Positions 11,652-20,948 of a stretch of 61,406 nucleotides of DNA are shown here, one piece after another (positions within the stretch are counted from its first letter, which is position 1; the number at the start of each line of letters is the position of its first letter). The notes beneath the pieces are model-generated. The model worked only from the letters and a program-made list of their open reading frames with translations, searched no databases and was not told where the DNA came from. The stretch is taken from the IMG/VR virus record IMGVR_UViG_3300032323_001121, positions 1-61,406 of that record; one strand, 5' to 3'. The translations under genes and the position numbers were made by a program. Source of the stretch: a virus. Lineage: Duplodnaviria > Caudoviricetes.

Positions 11652-11674
11652 CTAAAAGCCGAGTGTAAACGAAG

Positions 11675-13231
11675 ATGGCTATTAAGGTATCAAACACTAC
11701 TGTTATTGATGATAGTAAGAATATACAAAACATTGGTATCGCAACTATTACCAGTACATTGAATGTGGGAACTGGTGGTACAGTTATTACCACAACTGCT
11801 GCTGGTTTGGTTGGTATTGGAACAACAGTACCAGCATACACATTACATGTTCAAGGTAATGCAAGAGTTACTGGTGCTTTTAGAGACTCTACGAACTCAC
11901 CAGGAACAACAGGTCAAGTTCTTCAATCAACAGTATCAGGAACTCAATGGGCAACTGCTGCTGGTGGTTCTGGTAAGTTTGATACAAGTATTGATAATGT
12001 ACTTTACGTTCAACCAACAGGAACTTTAGATATTGTTGGGGTTGGAACAACAACATCTCAAATCACAACACTTCCTGCTGGTTCAAATAAGTATCTAGTT
12101 CATTCACTACACGTCACTAATATATCAAACGGTGATGCAGAAATCACTGCTGGGTTTATAATAAATAATAGAAAAGTTCCAGCATCTATTTCAGTCAGTG
12201 CTGGTTCAAGTGGTGGTCCAGGTATTCATACATTTACTGTAGGTTCTGCAAGTAGCATTACTGTTGGTATGGCAGTCACTGGAACAGGTAATATTGGTGA
12301 AACGACAGGTATTGGTACAACTGCTGGATTCCAATACAATACTTATGTAACCAGTGTCGATGGTAACAATATCACACTTAGCAAACCAATGAGTGGTCGT
12401 GCAACTGGTACTTTATTCTTCTCACCAGTATCTGATGTTGTATCAAGACTTCCAGTTCCTGTTGGTTCTGCTGTTGAACTCCTAAAACAACCGATGGTCT
12501 TGGATGCATTAGACAGTATTGTACTACAATCTACTGGTGCAGGTACTGGTATTGGTACAACATCAACTGCTGTATTTTCACAAACAGCAAACTCTGGAAT
12601 TATAACTTGTACTGTTGGTGCTGCAATTACTAATTTTATATCTGCGGGTCAATTAGTTCAAGGTACAGGAACGAATACTGGTATTCAAACGAATACATTT
12701 ATTGGTGTTGGATATACATCAGGTTCAAACATTATTCCACTCACAAGACCAGCAACATCTACATTAACAGGACAAATACTTTCATTCACAGAAGTTGTTG
12801 TTCCACAAGATGGTGCATTACAAGTCACGGTTGTTTATCAGTCATCAACTGATACTTCATATCAAAATGGTACTGGAACTGTTGCTGGAATTTCTTCAAA
12901 CACTACTTCAGTAACTGCTGGTCTTTCATCAACTCCAATTGCTTATTATGGAACAGGAAATACCTATCCATCAATCATTCAGTCTATCAGAGTTTCAAAT
13001 ATCTCTGATGGTTCTATCTATCCTGGTGGTGATTATCCAGTATCCGTAGGTATTGGCAATACTGATACAATCTTCTCATATTTGGCATATAATATGGTGA
13101 TTCCAAAGAACTCTTCTATTGAACTTTGCGAATCACCAAAAAGATTGGGAATCGGACAATCAATCTTTGCAACTACTAACACACCATATGCAATTGAAAT
13201 ACAAATCGCAGGAAAACAAAAAACTACTTAA
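11675..13231 (+). CDS. Tail fibre-like structural protein
   Basis: Gly/Thr-rich, VGIGTT motifs; TAAATA upstream. Confidence 0.65.
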   Translation: MAIKVSNTTVIDDSKNIQNIGIATITSTLNVGTGGTVITTTAAGLVGIGTTVPAYTLHVQGNARVTGAFRDSTNSPGTTGQVLQSTVSGTQWATAAGGSGKFDTSIDNVLYVQPTGTLDIVGVGTTTSQITTLPAGSNKYLVHSLHVTNISNGDAEITAGFIINNRKVPASISVSAGSSGGPGIHTFTVGSASSITVGMAVTGTGNIGETTGIGTTAGFQYNTYVTSVDGNNITLSKPMSGRATGTLFFSPVSDVVSRLPVPVGSAVELLKQPMVLDALDSIVLQSTGAGTGIGTTSTAVFSQTANSGIITCTVGAAITNFISAGQLVQGTGTNTGIQTNTFIGVGYTSGSNIIPLTRPATSTLTGQILSFTEVVVPQDGALQVTVVYQSSTDTSYQNGTGTVAGISSNTTSVTAGLSSTPIAYYGTGNTYPSIIQSIRVSNISDGSIYPGGDYPVSVGIGNTDTIFSYLAYNMVIPKNSSIELCESPKRLGIGQSIFATTNTPYAIEIQIAGKQKTT

Positions 13232-13234
13232 TTT

Positions 13235-13888
13235 ATGAGTATTCTTATATCATTACCTTGTTATGGTGGATTGGTGAATGAAAAAACCACAACATCACTC
13301 TTTAATCTTGGTAAACTTTTAGTTCGTAATAACATAGACCACGGCATTATGACTGTGGCAAATGAGTCTTTGATTACTCACGGACGGTCAAGAATTGCTA
13401 ATTTCTTTGTGAATAATACAGAGTTTGAGTATTTGTTCTGTCTAGATGCTGATGTTGCATTTTCACCAGAAGATATGTTGAAGTTATATTCATATCAAAA
13501 ACCAATTGTGTCTGCATCTTATCCGATGAAGACAATTCCAATTCGACACTGTTATGAACTTTATAATCCTGTAAAGTTATGTGGAAGTCTAGTCAAGATT
13601 GGTGGAATTGGTATGGGATTTGTGTTGATACATAGAAGTGTATTTGAGAAACTAAATAAACATTATAGTGAATTAAAGTATTTTCCAGGATTGAATAATT
13701 CAAACTATCCAATTACTGAAAAAGAATATCATAACTCTTACCACTACTTTGCAGAAATGAATAAGGAAGGAAAATACTTGGGAGAAGATATGAGTTTCTT
13801 TCATCGTGTGAGTGATATTGGTTATGATGTTTGGATGGATACAAGTATAGAATTACAACACATCGGTTCTCACGTATTCGGTAAGTAA
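13235..13888 (+). CDS. GT-A fold glycosyltransferase-like protein
   Basis: DAD (DxD) motif, GMGFVLIHRSVF, LGEDMSF, LQHIG. Confidence 0.7.
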   Translation: MSILISLPCYGGLVNEKTTTSLFNLGKLLVRNNIDHGIMTVANESLITHGRSRIANFFVNNTEFEYLFCLDADVAFSPEDMLKLYSYQKPIVSASYPMKTIPIRHCYELYNPVKLCGSLVKIGGIGMGFVLIHRSVFEKLNKHYSELKYFPGLNNSNYPITEKEYHNSYHYFAEMNKEGKYLGEDMSFFHRVSDIGYDVWMDTSIELQHIGSHVFGK

Positions 13889-13889
13889 A

Positions 13890-15815
13890 ATGGCAATTGG
13901 AGTATTTGGTCTACAAGTTGCTTATAAATTGAAAAGACTTGAGGTGATGAGTACTGATGATACTCACGGTTGGTTTGGTGGTGGTTCTACTCCTACAACA
14001 GTAGCAACAGTAGACCGTATAGATTTCTCTAATGATACTGGAACTGCAAATGTTAGAGGTCCATTAAGTCAAGTAAGAAGTAATTCAGCAGCAACAGGAA
14101 ACTCTAATTATGGTTGGTTTGGTGGTGGTTTTCCTGGTCCTGGTGCAATATCAAGAGTAGACCGTATAGATTTTTCTAATGATTCTGGAACAGTATCAGT
14201 AAGAGGTCCATTAAGTTTAGCAAGATTTAGTTTAGCAGCAACAGGAAACTCTAACTATGGTTGGTTTGGTGGTGGTGCTCCTTCACCATCTGTAATAACA
14301 GACAGAGTAGACCGTATAGATTTCTCTAATGATTCTGCAACAGCATTACTGAGAGGTTCATTAAGTTCAGAAAGATACAGATTAGCAGCAACAGGAAACT
14401 CTAACTATGGTTGGTTTGGTGGTGGTGCTAATCCAAGTGCTCCTTTCACAAAATCAACAGTAGAACGTATAGATTTTTCTAATGATTCCTCAACAGCATC
14501 AGTAAGAGGTCGATTAAGTGCAGCAAGAGGATATAATTTTGGAGCAACAGGAAACTCTAACTATGGTTGGTTTGGTGGTGGCAGAGCTGGTTCTCCAGTA
14601 GCAACAGTATCAACAGTAGAACGCATAGATTTCTCAAATGATTCTGCAACAGCATCTGTTAGAGGTTCATTAAGTCAAGCAAGACAATCTGTAACAGCAA
14701 CAGGAAATTCCAATTATGGTTGGTTTGGTGGTGGTTTTAATCCAACACCAGCAGAAGTATCAACAGTAGACCGCATAGATTTTTCTAATGATTCTGTATC
14801 AGCATCACCAAGAGGTCCATTAAGTTTGGCAAGATATAGTTTAGCAGCAACATCAGGGCAAGCAAGGTCTTCAAGTGTTCGTCTACAAAAAGCAGGGAAT
14901 TATGGTTGGTTTGGTGGTGGTAAAGCGGTATCACCACTACCACTTCCAGTATATTCAACAGTAGACCGTATAGATTTCTCAAATGATTCTGTAACAGCAT
15001 CACCAAGAAGTCCATTAAGTTTACAAAGATATGATTTAGCAGCAACAGGAAACTCTAATTATGGTTGGTTTGCTGGTGGCAATAGTATTGCGAGCCCACG
15101 TACTACTCAAGCAAGAGTAGACCGTATAGATTTCTCAAATGATTCTACAACAGCATCAATAAGAGGTCCATTAAGTGGAGTAAGATATGCTATGTCAGCA
15201 ACAGGAAACTCTAATTATGGTTGGTTTACTAACGGATATGATAACGCAACTTCAGTAAGAACAGCACTTCGTATAGATTTCGCAAATGATTCTTCAACAA
15301 CATCACCAAGAACGTTGATGCCTGTTTATATGATATCTAGTGCAGCAACCGGAAACTCTAATTATGGTTGGTTTGGTGGTGGTGCAAATGGGAATCCTTT
15401 ATCTACAATTTCAACTGTACAACGTATTGATTTTTCAAATGATGGCACATCTCCATTAAGTAGGGGTCCATTAAGTCAACAAAGATTTAGTTTAGCAGCA
15501 ACAGGAAACTCTAACTATGGTTGGTTTGGTGGTGGTTATAGTGGTGGATATTGGAAATTAGTAGACCGTATAGATTTTTCGAATGATTCAGTTCAAGCAT
15601 CTGTTAGAGGTCCATTAAATAATTATAAATATGGTTTAGCAGCAACAGGAAACTCTAATTATGGTTGGTTTGGTGGTGGTCAATTTCCATCATCAACAGT
15701 ATTAGCAACAGTAGACCGCATAAACTTCTCTAATGATGCAGTAACAGCATCACCAAGAGGTTCATTGAGTCTAGAAAGGGAAAACCCAGCAGCAACCTCA
15801 AACACCCCAACATAA
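13890..15815 (+). CDS. Kelch-like tandem beta-propeller protein 1 (12 repeats, 6+6)
   Basis: 12 copies of GNSNYGWFGGG-(variable)-VDRIDFSND-RGPLS-AR-LAAT. Confidence 0.8.
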   Translation: MAIGVFGLQVAYKLKRLEVMSTDDTHGWFGGGSTPTTVATVDRIDFSNDTGTANVRGPLSQVRSNSAATGNSNYGWFGGGFPGPGAISRVDRIDFSNDSGTVSVRGPLSLARFSLAATGNSNYGWFGGGAPSPSVITDRVDRIDFSNDSATALLRGSLSSERYRLAATGNSNYGWFGGGANPSAPFTKSTVERIDFSNDSSTASVRGRLSAARGYNFGATGNSNYGWFGGGRAGSPVATVSTVERIDFSNDSATASVRGSLSQARQSVTATGNSNYGWFGGGFNPTPAEVSTVDRIDFSNDSVSASPRGPLSLARYSLAATSGQARSSSVRLQKAGNYGWFGGGKAVSPLPLPVYSTVDRIDFSNDSVTASPRSPLSLQRYDLAATGNSNYGWFAGGNSIASPRTTQARVDRIDFSNDSTTASIRGPLSGVRYAMSATGNSNYGWFTNGYDNATSVRTALRIDFANDSSTTSPRTLMPVYMISSAATGNSNYGWFGGGANGNPLSTISTVQRIDFSNDGTSPLSRGPLSQQRFSLAATGNSNYGWFGGGYSGGYWKLVDRIDFSNDSVQASVRGPLNNYKYGLAATGNSNYGWFGGGQFPSSTVLATVDRINFSNDAVTASPRGSLSLERENPAATSNTPT

Positions 15816-15839
15816 ATACTTCAAACTACATTATTACTG

Positions 15840-16451
15840 ATGAAGCAGAACATTATTATTGTTGATAATTTCTATGAGAATCCATATGAAGTTCGTCAAT
15901 ATGCACTAAATCTTGAATATCCACAACCACAAGACGGTTATACATATCCAGGAAGAAACTCAAAAGGAACTTTTTACAATCAAGAGATTCACGATAAGTT
16001 TGAGAATCTAATTGGAAGACATTTAGTTCCTGCTGATTGTGGTAATCATGGAGATTTTAGATTATCATTAGAGGCAGATACATTCCAACAAGATATTCAT
16101 ATTGACCCAATCTGGGAATGGGGTTGTGTTCTTTATATGAATCTACCACATCAGTGTATTGATGAGGCAGGAACATCTTTCTGGAAACATAAGAAACTGG
16201 GATGGGAAAGATGCCCAGAACAACAAGAAGCATCGTGGTTTGGTTATACTTCTTATGATGAAATTCGTGATGGTATCATCTATGGTGATGGACTTGACCG
16301 TTCCAAGTGGGAGAGATACTGTCTTGCGAATATGAGGTATAATAGAGCAGTTATATTTGACCCAAAACTCTGGCATTCGCACGGAGCAAACTTTGGAGAT
16401 AGTTTAGAAAATGGTAGATTAGTTCAATTGTTCTTCTTTAATAATGCATAA
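15840..16451 (+). CDS. 2OG-Fe(II) oxygenase-like protein (DUF6445-like)
   Basis: IIVDNFYENP, YPG, HID (HxD), GTSFW, YNRAVIF...HS, RLVQLFF. Confidence 0.65.
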   Translation: MKQNIIIVDNFYENPYEVRQYALNLEYPQPQDGYTYPGRNSKGTFYNQEIHDKFENLIGRHLVPADCGNHGDFRLSLEADTFQQDIHIDPIWEWGCVLYMNLPHQCIDEAGTSFWKHKKLGWERCPEQQEASWFGYTSYDEIRDGIIYGDGLDRSKWERYCLANMRYNRAVIFDPKLWHSHGANFGDSLENGRLVQLFFFNNA

Positions 16452-17274
16452 GACTTATTTTTTTGAGAGTGGATTACCTCGTTCTGGTTCTACATTACTT
16501 TCTGCAATTCTAAATCAAAATCCAGACATTCACTGCGGTGCTATATCTCCGGTGTTGGAGATTATGTATTATACAGAGCAATACTTTGAGGGGTCAGAGC
16601 AGGCACTTGCATATCCAAAACCAGCACAGCATCATAAGATTATTTCAAGTGTAATTGATAATTATTATGATGATATTGATAAACCAATTATATTTGATAA
16701 ATGCCGTGCCTGGCCCAATAATGTTGACCGACTACAAGAATACATCACAAAGACACCAAAGATTCTGTGTCCTGTAAGAGATGTGGTAGAGATTCTTGCA
16801 TCTTTTATTCAAATGATTCATCGCAATCTTAATCAAGTATCATTTCTAGATAAGGCACTCATAGATAAAGGATATGAACCAACAGACGACAATCGTTGTG
16901 ATTACCTAATGTGCCCTGAAGGTATTGTAGACCAGTCATTATATGCCTTTGGAGAGGGGTTTAGAAAGGGTTGTGAGAAGTATATGCACATGATTGAGTA
17001 TAATGACTTGGTGAACCGTCCAGAAGACACTATGCGTAAGGTTTATAAGTTTTTAGAGATTCCTGAATATAAACACGACTTTGGTAATGTAAGTCATAAA
17101 TACAGAGAGAAAGATAATGAGATTTATGGGCTGAGTGATATGCACGAAGTTCGTAAGCAAGTGAAAAGAACTTCTAAAAGACCTGAGGAAGTTTTGAGTG
17201 ATTATGTTTTGAATAAGTATTCTGGTATGGAATTTTGGAGAAAGGCAAAACAACCCATCAGTCTTTTCATATAA
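16444..17274 (+). CDS. Sulfotransferase family protein
   Basis: PAPS-binding motif GLPRSGSTLL; RD...ILASF; YNDLV..P. Confidence 0.85.
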   Translation: MHKTYFFESGLPRSGSTLLSAILNQNPDIHCGAISPVLEIMYYTEQYFEGSEQALAYPKPAQHHKIISSVIDNYYDDIDKPIIFDKCRAWPNNVDRLQEYITKTPKILCPVRDVVEILASFIQMIHRNLNQVSFLDKALIDKGYEPTDDNRCDYLMCPEGIVDQSLYAFGEGFRKGCEKYMHMIEYNDLVNRPEDTMRKVYKFLEIPEYKHDFGNVSHKYREKDNEIYGLSDMHEVRKQVKRTSKRPEEVLSDYVLNKYSGMEFWRKAKQPISLFI

Positions 17275-17278
17275 GTAA

Positions 17279-19198
17279 ATGACAATCAATAATAACAATA
17301 TATTTGGAGCATTTACTCTTAATGAAGCAAGAGGGTCAAGACTGACTGGTGATTGGTTGCATACAGATACGATTGCGAATTATGGTTGGTTTGGTGGTGG
17401 TGCTAATTTTCCTGCAAATTATTCAACAGTAGACCGTATAGATTTCTCTAATGATACTGGAACTGCAAATATTAGAGGTCCTTTAAGTTCAGTAAGATAT
17501 GCTATGGGAGCAACAGGAAACTCCAACTATGGTTGGTTTGGTGGTGGTCTTATTCCTGGATCAGTAGTAGTAGCAACAGTAGACCGCATAGATTTTTCTA
17601 ATGATTCTGCACCAGCATCAGTTAGAGGTTCATTAAGTTTAGCAAGACGAGATTTAGCAGCAACAGGAAACTCTAACTATGGTTGGTTTGGTGGTGGTAT
17701 TAATCCTACTCCAGCAATATTTTCAACAGTAGACCGTATAGATTTTTCTAATGATTCTTCAACAGCATCAGTTAGAGGTCCATTAATCGTAGAAAGATTA
17801 CGTTTAGCAGCAACAGGAAACTCTAATTATGGTTGGTTTGCTGGTGGTAATGGTCCAGTATCAACAGTAGATCGTATAGATTTCTCTAATGATTCTTCCA
17901 CAGCATCACCAAGAGGTCCTTTAAGTTTAGCAAGATTTGCTGTAGAAGCAACAGGAAACTCTAACTATGGTTGGTTTGGTGGTGGTATTATTCCTGGACC
18001 AGCAGTAGTAGCAACAGTAGACCGCATAGATTTTTCTAATGATTCTGTATCAGCATCAGTTAGAGGTCCATTAACTTCTGTAAGATATAATTCATCAGCA
18101 ACAGGAAACTCTAACTATGGTTGGTTTGGTGGTGGTGCTACTCCTACAAAAGTAGCAACAGTAAATCGCATAGATTTTTCTAATGATTCTGTAACGGCAT
18201 CACCAAGAGGTCCATTAGGTGCAGCAAGATATAATATAGGTGCAACATCAGGAGTTCTCAATATTCGCAGACAAAAAGCAGGGAATTATGGTTGGTTTGG
18301 TGGTGGATATGCTCCAGCAACAGCAAGGTCAACAGTAGACCGTATAGATTTCTCTAATGATTCTGCATTAGCATTAGTAAGAGGTCCATTAAGTTCTCCA
18401 GCAGGAAGACGATATGGTTTTGCAGCAACAGGAAATTCTAACTACGGATGGTTTGGTGGTGGAGATATTCCAGTAGTAGCAACAGTAGACCGTATAGATT
18501 TCTCTAATGATTCACCATCAGCATTAGTAAGAGGTCCATTAAGTCAAGCAAGAAGAGGTTTATCGGCAACAGGAAACTCTAACTATGGTTGGTTTGGTGG
18601 TGGGTTTGATCCAGCATTACCAATTCCTCAACGAACATTAGCAACAGTAGACCGTATAGATTTTTCTAATGATTCTGCATTAGCATTACTGAGAGGTCCA
18701 TTAAGTTCAGTAAGATATGCTTCAGCAGCAACAGGAAATTCCAATTATGGTTGGTTTTTTAATGGATCAAATCCATCATTAATTCCAAACGAACAATCAA
18801 CAGTAGACCGTATAAATTTTTCTAATGATTCTGTATCAGCATTGCCAAGAGCTCTAACACCTTCACCAGCAAAAGAAAAACATGCAGCAACAGGAAACTC
18901 TAACTTTGGTTGGATTGGTGGTGGTAGTAGTCCAGCAACATCAAAAGTATTTCGTATAAATTTTTCTAATGATTCTGCATTAGCATTACTGAGAGGTCCA
19001 TTAAATGCTCCATCAGGAAGAACTGAATTAGCAGCAACAGGAAACTCTAACTATGGTTGGTTTGGTGGTGGTGGGCCTGGACCAGGAGCATTAGTAGACC
19101 GTATAGATTTCTCTAGTGATTCTGTATCAGCATCACCAAGAGGTCTATTAAGTTTAGGAAGAACTGAATTAGCAGCAACATCAAATACTAACAAATAA
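17279..19198 (+). CDS. Kelch-like tandem beta-propeller protein 2 (12 repeats)
   Basis: Same ~50-aa repeat as 13890..15815. Confidence 0.8.
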   Translation: MTINNNNIFGAFTLNEARGSRLTGDWLHTDTIANYGWFGGGANFPANYSTVDRIDFSNDTGTANIRGPLSSVRYAMGATGNSNYGWFGGGLIPGSVVVATVDRIDFSNDSAPASVRGSLSLARRDLAATGNSNYGWFGGGINPTPAIFSTVDRIDFSNDSSTASVRGPLIVERLRLAATGNSNYGWFAGGNGPVSTVDRIDFSNDSSTASPRGPLSLARFAVEATGNSNYGWFGGGIIPGPAVVATVDRIDFSNDSVSASVRGPLTSVRYNSSATGNSNYGWFGGGATPTKVATVNRIDFSNDSVTASPRGPLGAARYNIGATSGVLNIRRQKAGNYGWFGGGYAPATARSTVDRIDFSNDSALALVRGPLSSPAGRRYGFAATGNSNYGWFGGGDIPVVATVDRIDFSNDSPSALVRGPLSQARRGLSATGNSNYGWFGGGFDPALPIPQRTLATVDRIDFSNDSALALLRGPLSSVRYASAATGNSNYGWFFNGSNPSLIPNEQSTVDRINFSNDSVSALPRALTPSPAKEKHAATGNSNFGWIGGGSSPATSKVFRINFSNDSALALLRGPLNAPSGRTELAATGNSNYGWFGGGGPGPGALVDRIDFSSDSVSASPRGLLSLGRTELAATSNTNK

Positions 19199-19203
19199 AC
19201 ATT

Positions 19204-20937
19204 ATGAAATCAGGAGCAAGTGAAAGTTCTTATTATTTTCTTGAAGAATATTATAAGTTTCCAGAAAACATTATAGTTTCTCATTTACCACAAGAACTTC
19301 AACAATCAAATAAACCAGTCAAAGTATTGTGGTCGCAACATTCTTACGACCAACCAGTATATCTTAACTTTGATTTTTCAATTTGTGATTTAATTGTTTC
19401 TCCATCCAACTGGTGTAGAGAACAATTCATTAAGTATCATCATATTCCCGAAGATAAAATCGTCACAATTCCAACAGGAGTATCAAAGAAATTCACATAC
19501 TCCAACAAAAAATCAAAGACATTTATCTATACTTCCATACCATATAAAGGTCTTGAAGTTCTTGCAAAAATCATCCCTCATATTCCAGAGGCAACATTCA
19601 AGATTTTCTCTGCAATGAATCTTTATGATATTGAAGAAGACCCATATACAGAACTTTATGAGTATCTCAAATCACTTCCAAATGTAATCTACTCACCAGC
19701 AGTAGACCAAGCAGAACTGATAGAGCACTTACAAGATGCAGCATTCTTTATTCATCCAAACATCTGGGAAGAAACATTCTGTGTTTCTCTTGCCGAGGCT
19801 ATGTCTTGTGGATGCTTTCCAATTCTTACAGATATTGGAGCACTTCCAGAAGTATCAAATGAGATTGCAAATATTGTTCCTATGGAAGGAACAAGAACCT
19901 CCAAAGGATATGAAGTTACAGACAACTTCCTAAATAACTTTATAGATGCCTGTAAGTCTGCATTATACTTTTTTGATACTGATAGGCAGTACTACGACCA
20001 AATTTCACAATCTGTTTCACATTATGCTACTGAAACTTATGATTGGAAAAAAATTGCAAACGTTTGGAAACAAACATTAGAACCATTTAGTAAACAAACT
20101 ATGACTGAAAATTGTAATCAACTGCAAATTATTTCCCCAGAGGAAGCAGTAAATAACGAAGAATATCTAAAACAAGCATTTCAAGAAGTGCTTCGTTGGG
20201 AAGATGCAGATAAAGAACTCGCACAAGGAAGAACCAATTTCCAGATTGAAAAGTTCTTTCTGTTAGAGCAATACACAGTTCCAGCAGCATTCCAGGCAGC
20301 AATTAAGAATCGTCGCATTCTTGCCGAAGGTTATATGCAGAAACTGATTGAGATGAAAGAAAAAGTTCGTGAGTTTGAGTATCGTTGGAAAGATAAGAAT
20401 ACTGATGAACCCGTAGAGTGGCACACATCTGGACCTAGTGGTGGTTCAACAAAACTCTATTGGCACGATTTGGATTCAATTTCAACTCAAAACTACTTGA
20501 AGTCTTGTGAGTTGGAGATTCGTGACCGTATTCAGCAAATGAATTTCTTTGATAAGATTATTAATCGTTTGATTGAACTGAATGGTGGTAAGACAGTCAC
20601 CAAAGAACAGTTTGAGAATGAGGACCATATCTATTGGGAACGCAGATTTGCAGAGCAATCTCTGGATGAAATGGTAAGTTCCAAGACTGGTATTAGTATC
20701 GGTAATCTTCACTCAATGAGAAGAGGAACTGCTCCTACATTAGTGAGTGATGATACTAACCGAATCAAGAATGGTTATGGTGCTCTTGCTGATGCTATTA
20801 ATGACCCAGATAAATTCCTAAATACTCTGCAAGAGAAAGTTCTTCGTGGTATTGAAGAAGTGACGAATACTGATTTAGGTTTGCTTGCACCTGGAACAGA
20901 ACAACATCAACAACTTTTAGAATCCAGAAACTCATAA
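19204..20937 (+). CDS. GT-B (GT4-like) glycosyltransferase fused to a helical C-terminal domain
   Basis: YTSIPYKGL, HPNIWEETFCVSLAEAMSCG, GALPE. Confidence 0.8.
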   Translation: MKSGASESSYYFLEEYYKFPENIIVSHLPQELQQSNKPVKVLWSQHSYDQPVYLNFDFSICDLIVSPSNWCREQFIKYHHIPEDKIVTIPTGVSKKFTYSNKKSKTFIYTSIPYKGLEVLAKIIPHIPEATFKIFSAMNLYDIEEDPYTELYEYLKSLPNVIYSPAVDQAELIEHLQDAAFFIHPNIWEETFCVSLAEAMSCGCFPILTDIGALPEVSNEIANIVPMEGTRTSKGYEVTDNFLNNFIDACKSALYFFDTDRQYYDQISQSVSHYATETYDWKKIANVWKQTLEPFSKQTMTENCNQLQIISPEEAVNNEEYLKQAFQEVLRWEDADKELAQGRTNFQIEKFFLLEQYTVPAAFQAAIKNRRILAEGYMQKLIEMKEKVREFEYRWKDKNTDEPVEWHTSGPSGGSTKLYWHDLDSISTQNYLKSCELEIRDRIQQMNFFDKIINRLIELNGGKTVTKEQFENEDHIYWERRFAEQSLDEMVSSKTGISIGNLHSMRRGTAPTLVSDDTNRIKNGYGALADAINDPDKFLNTLQEKVLRGIEEVTNTDLGLLAPGTEQHQQLLESRNS

Positions 20938-20948
20938 GGAGAAAGTAG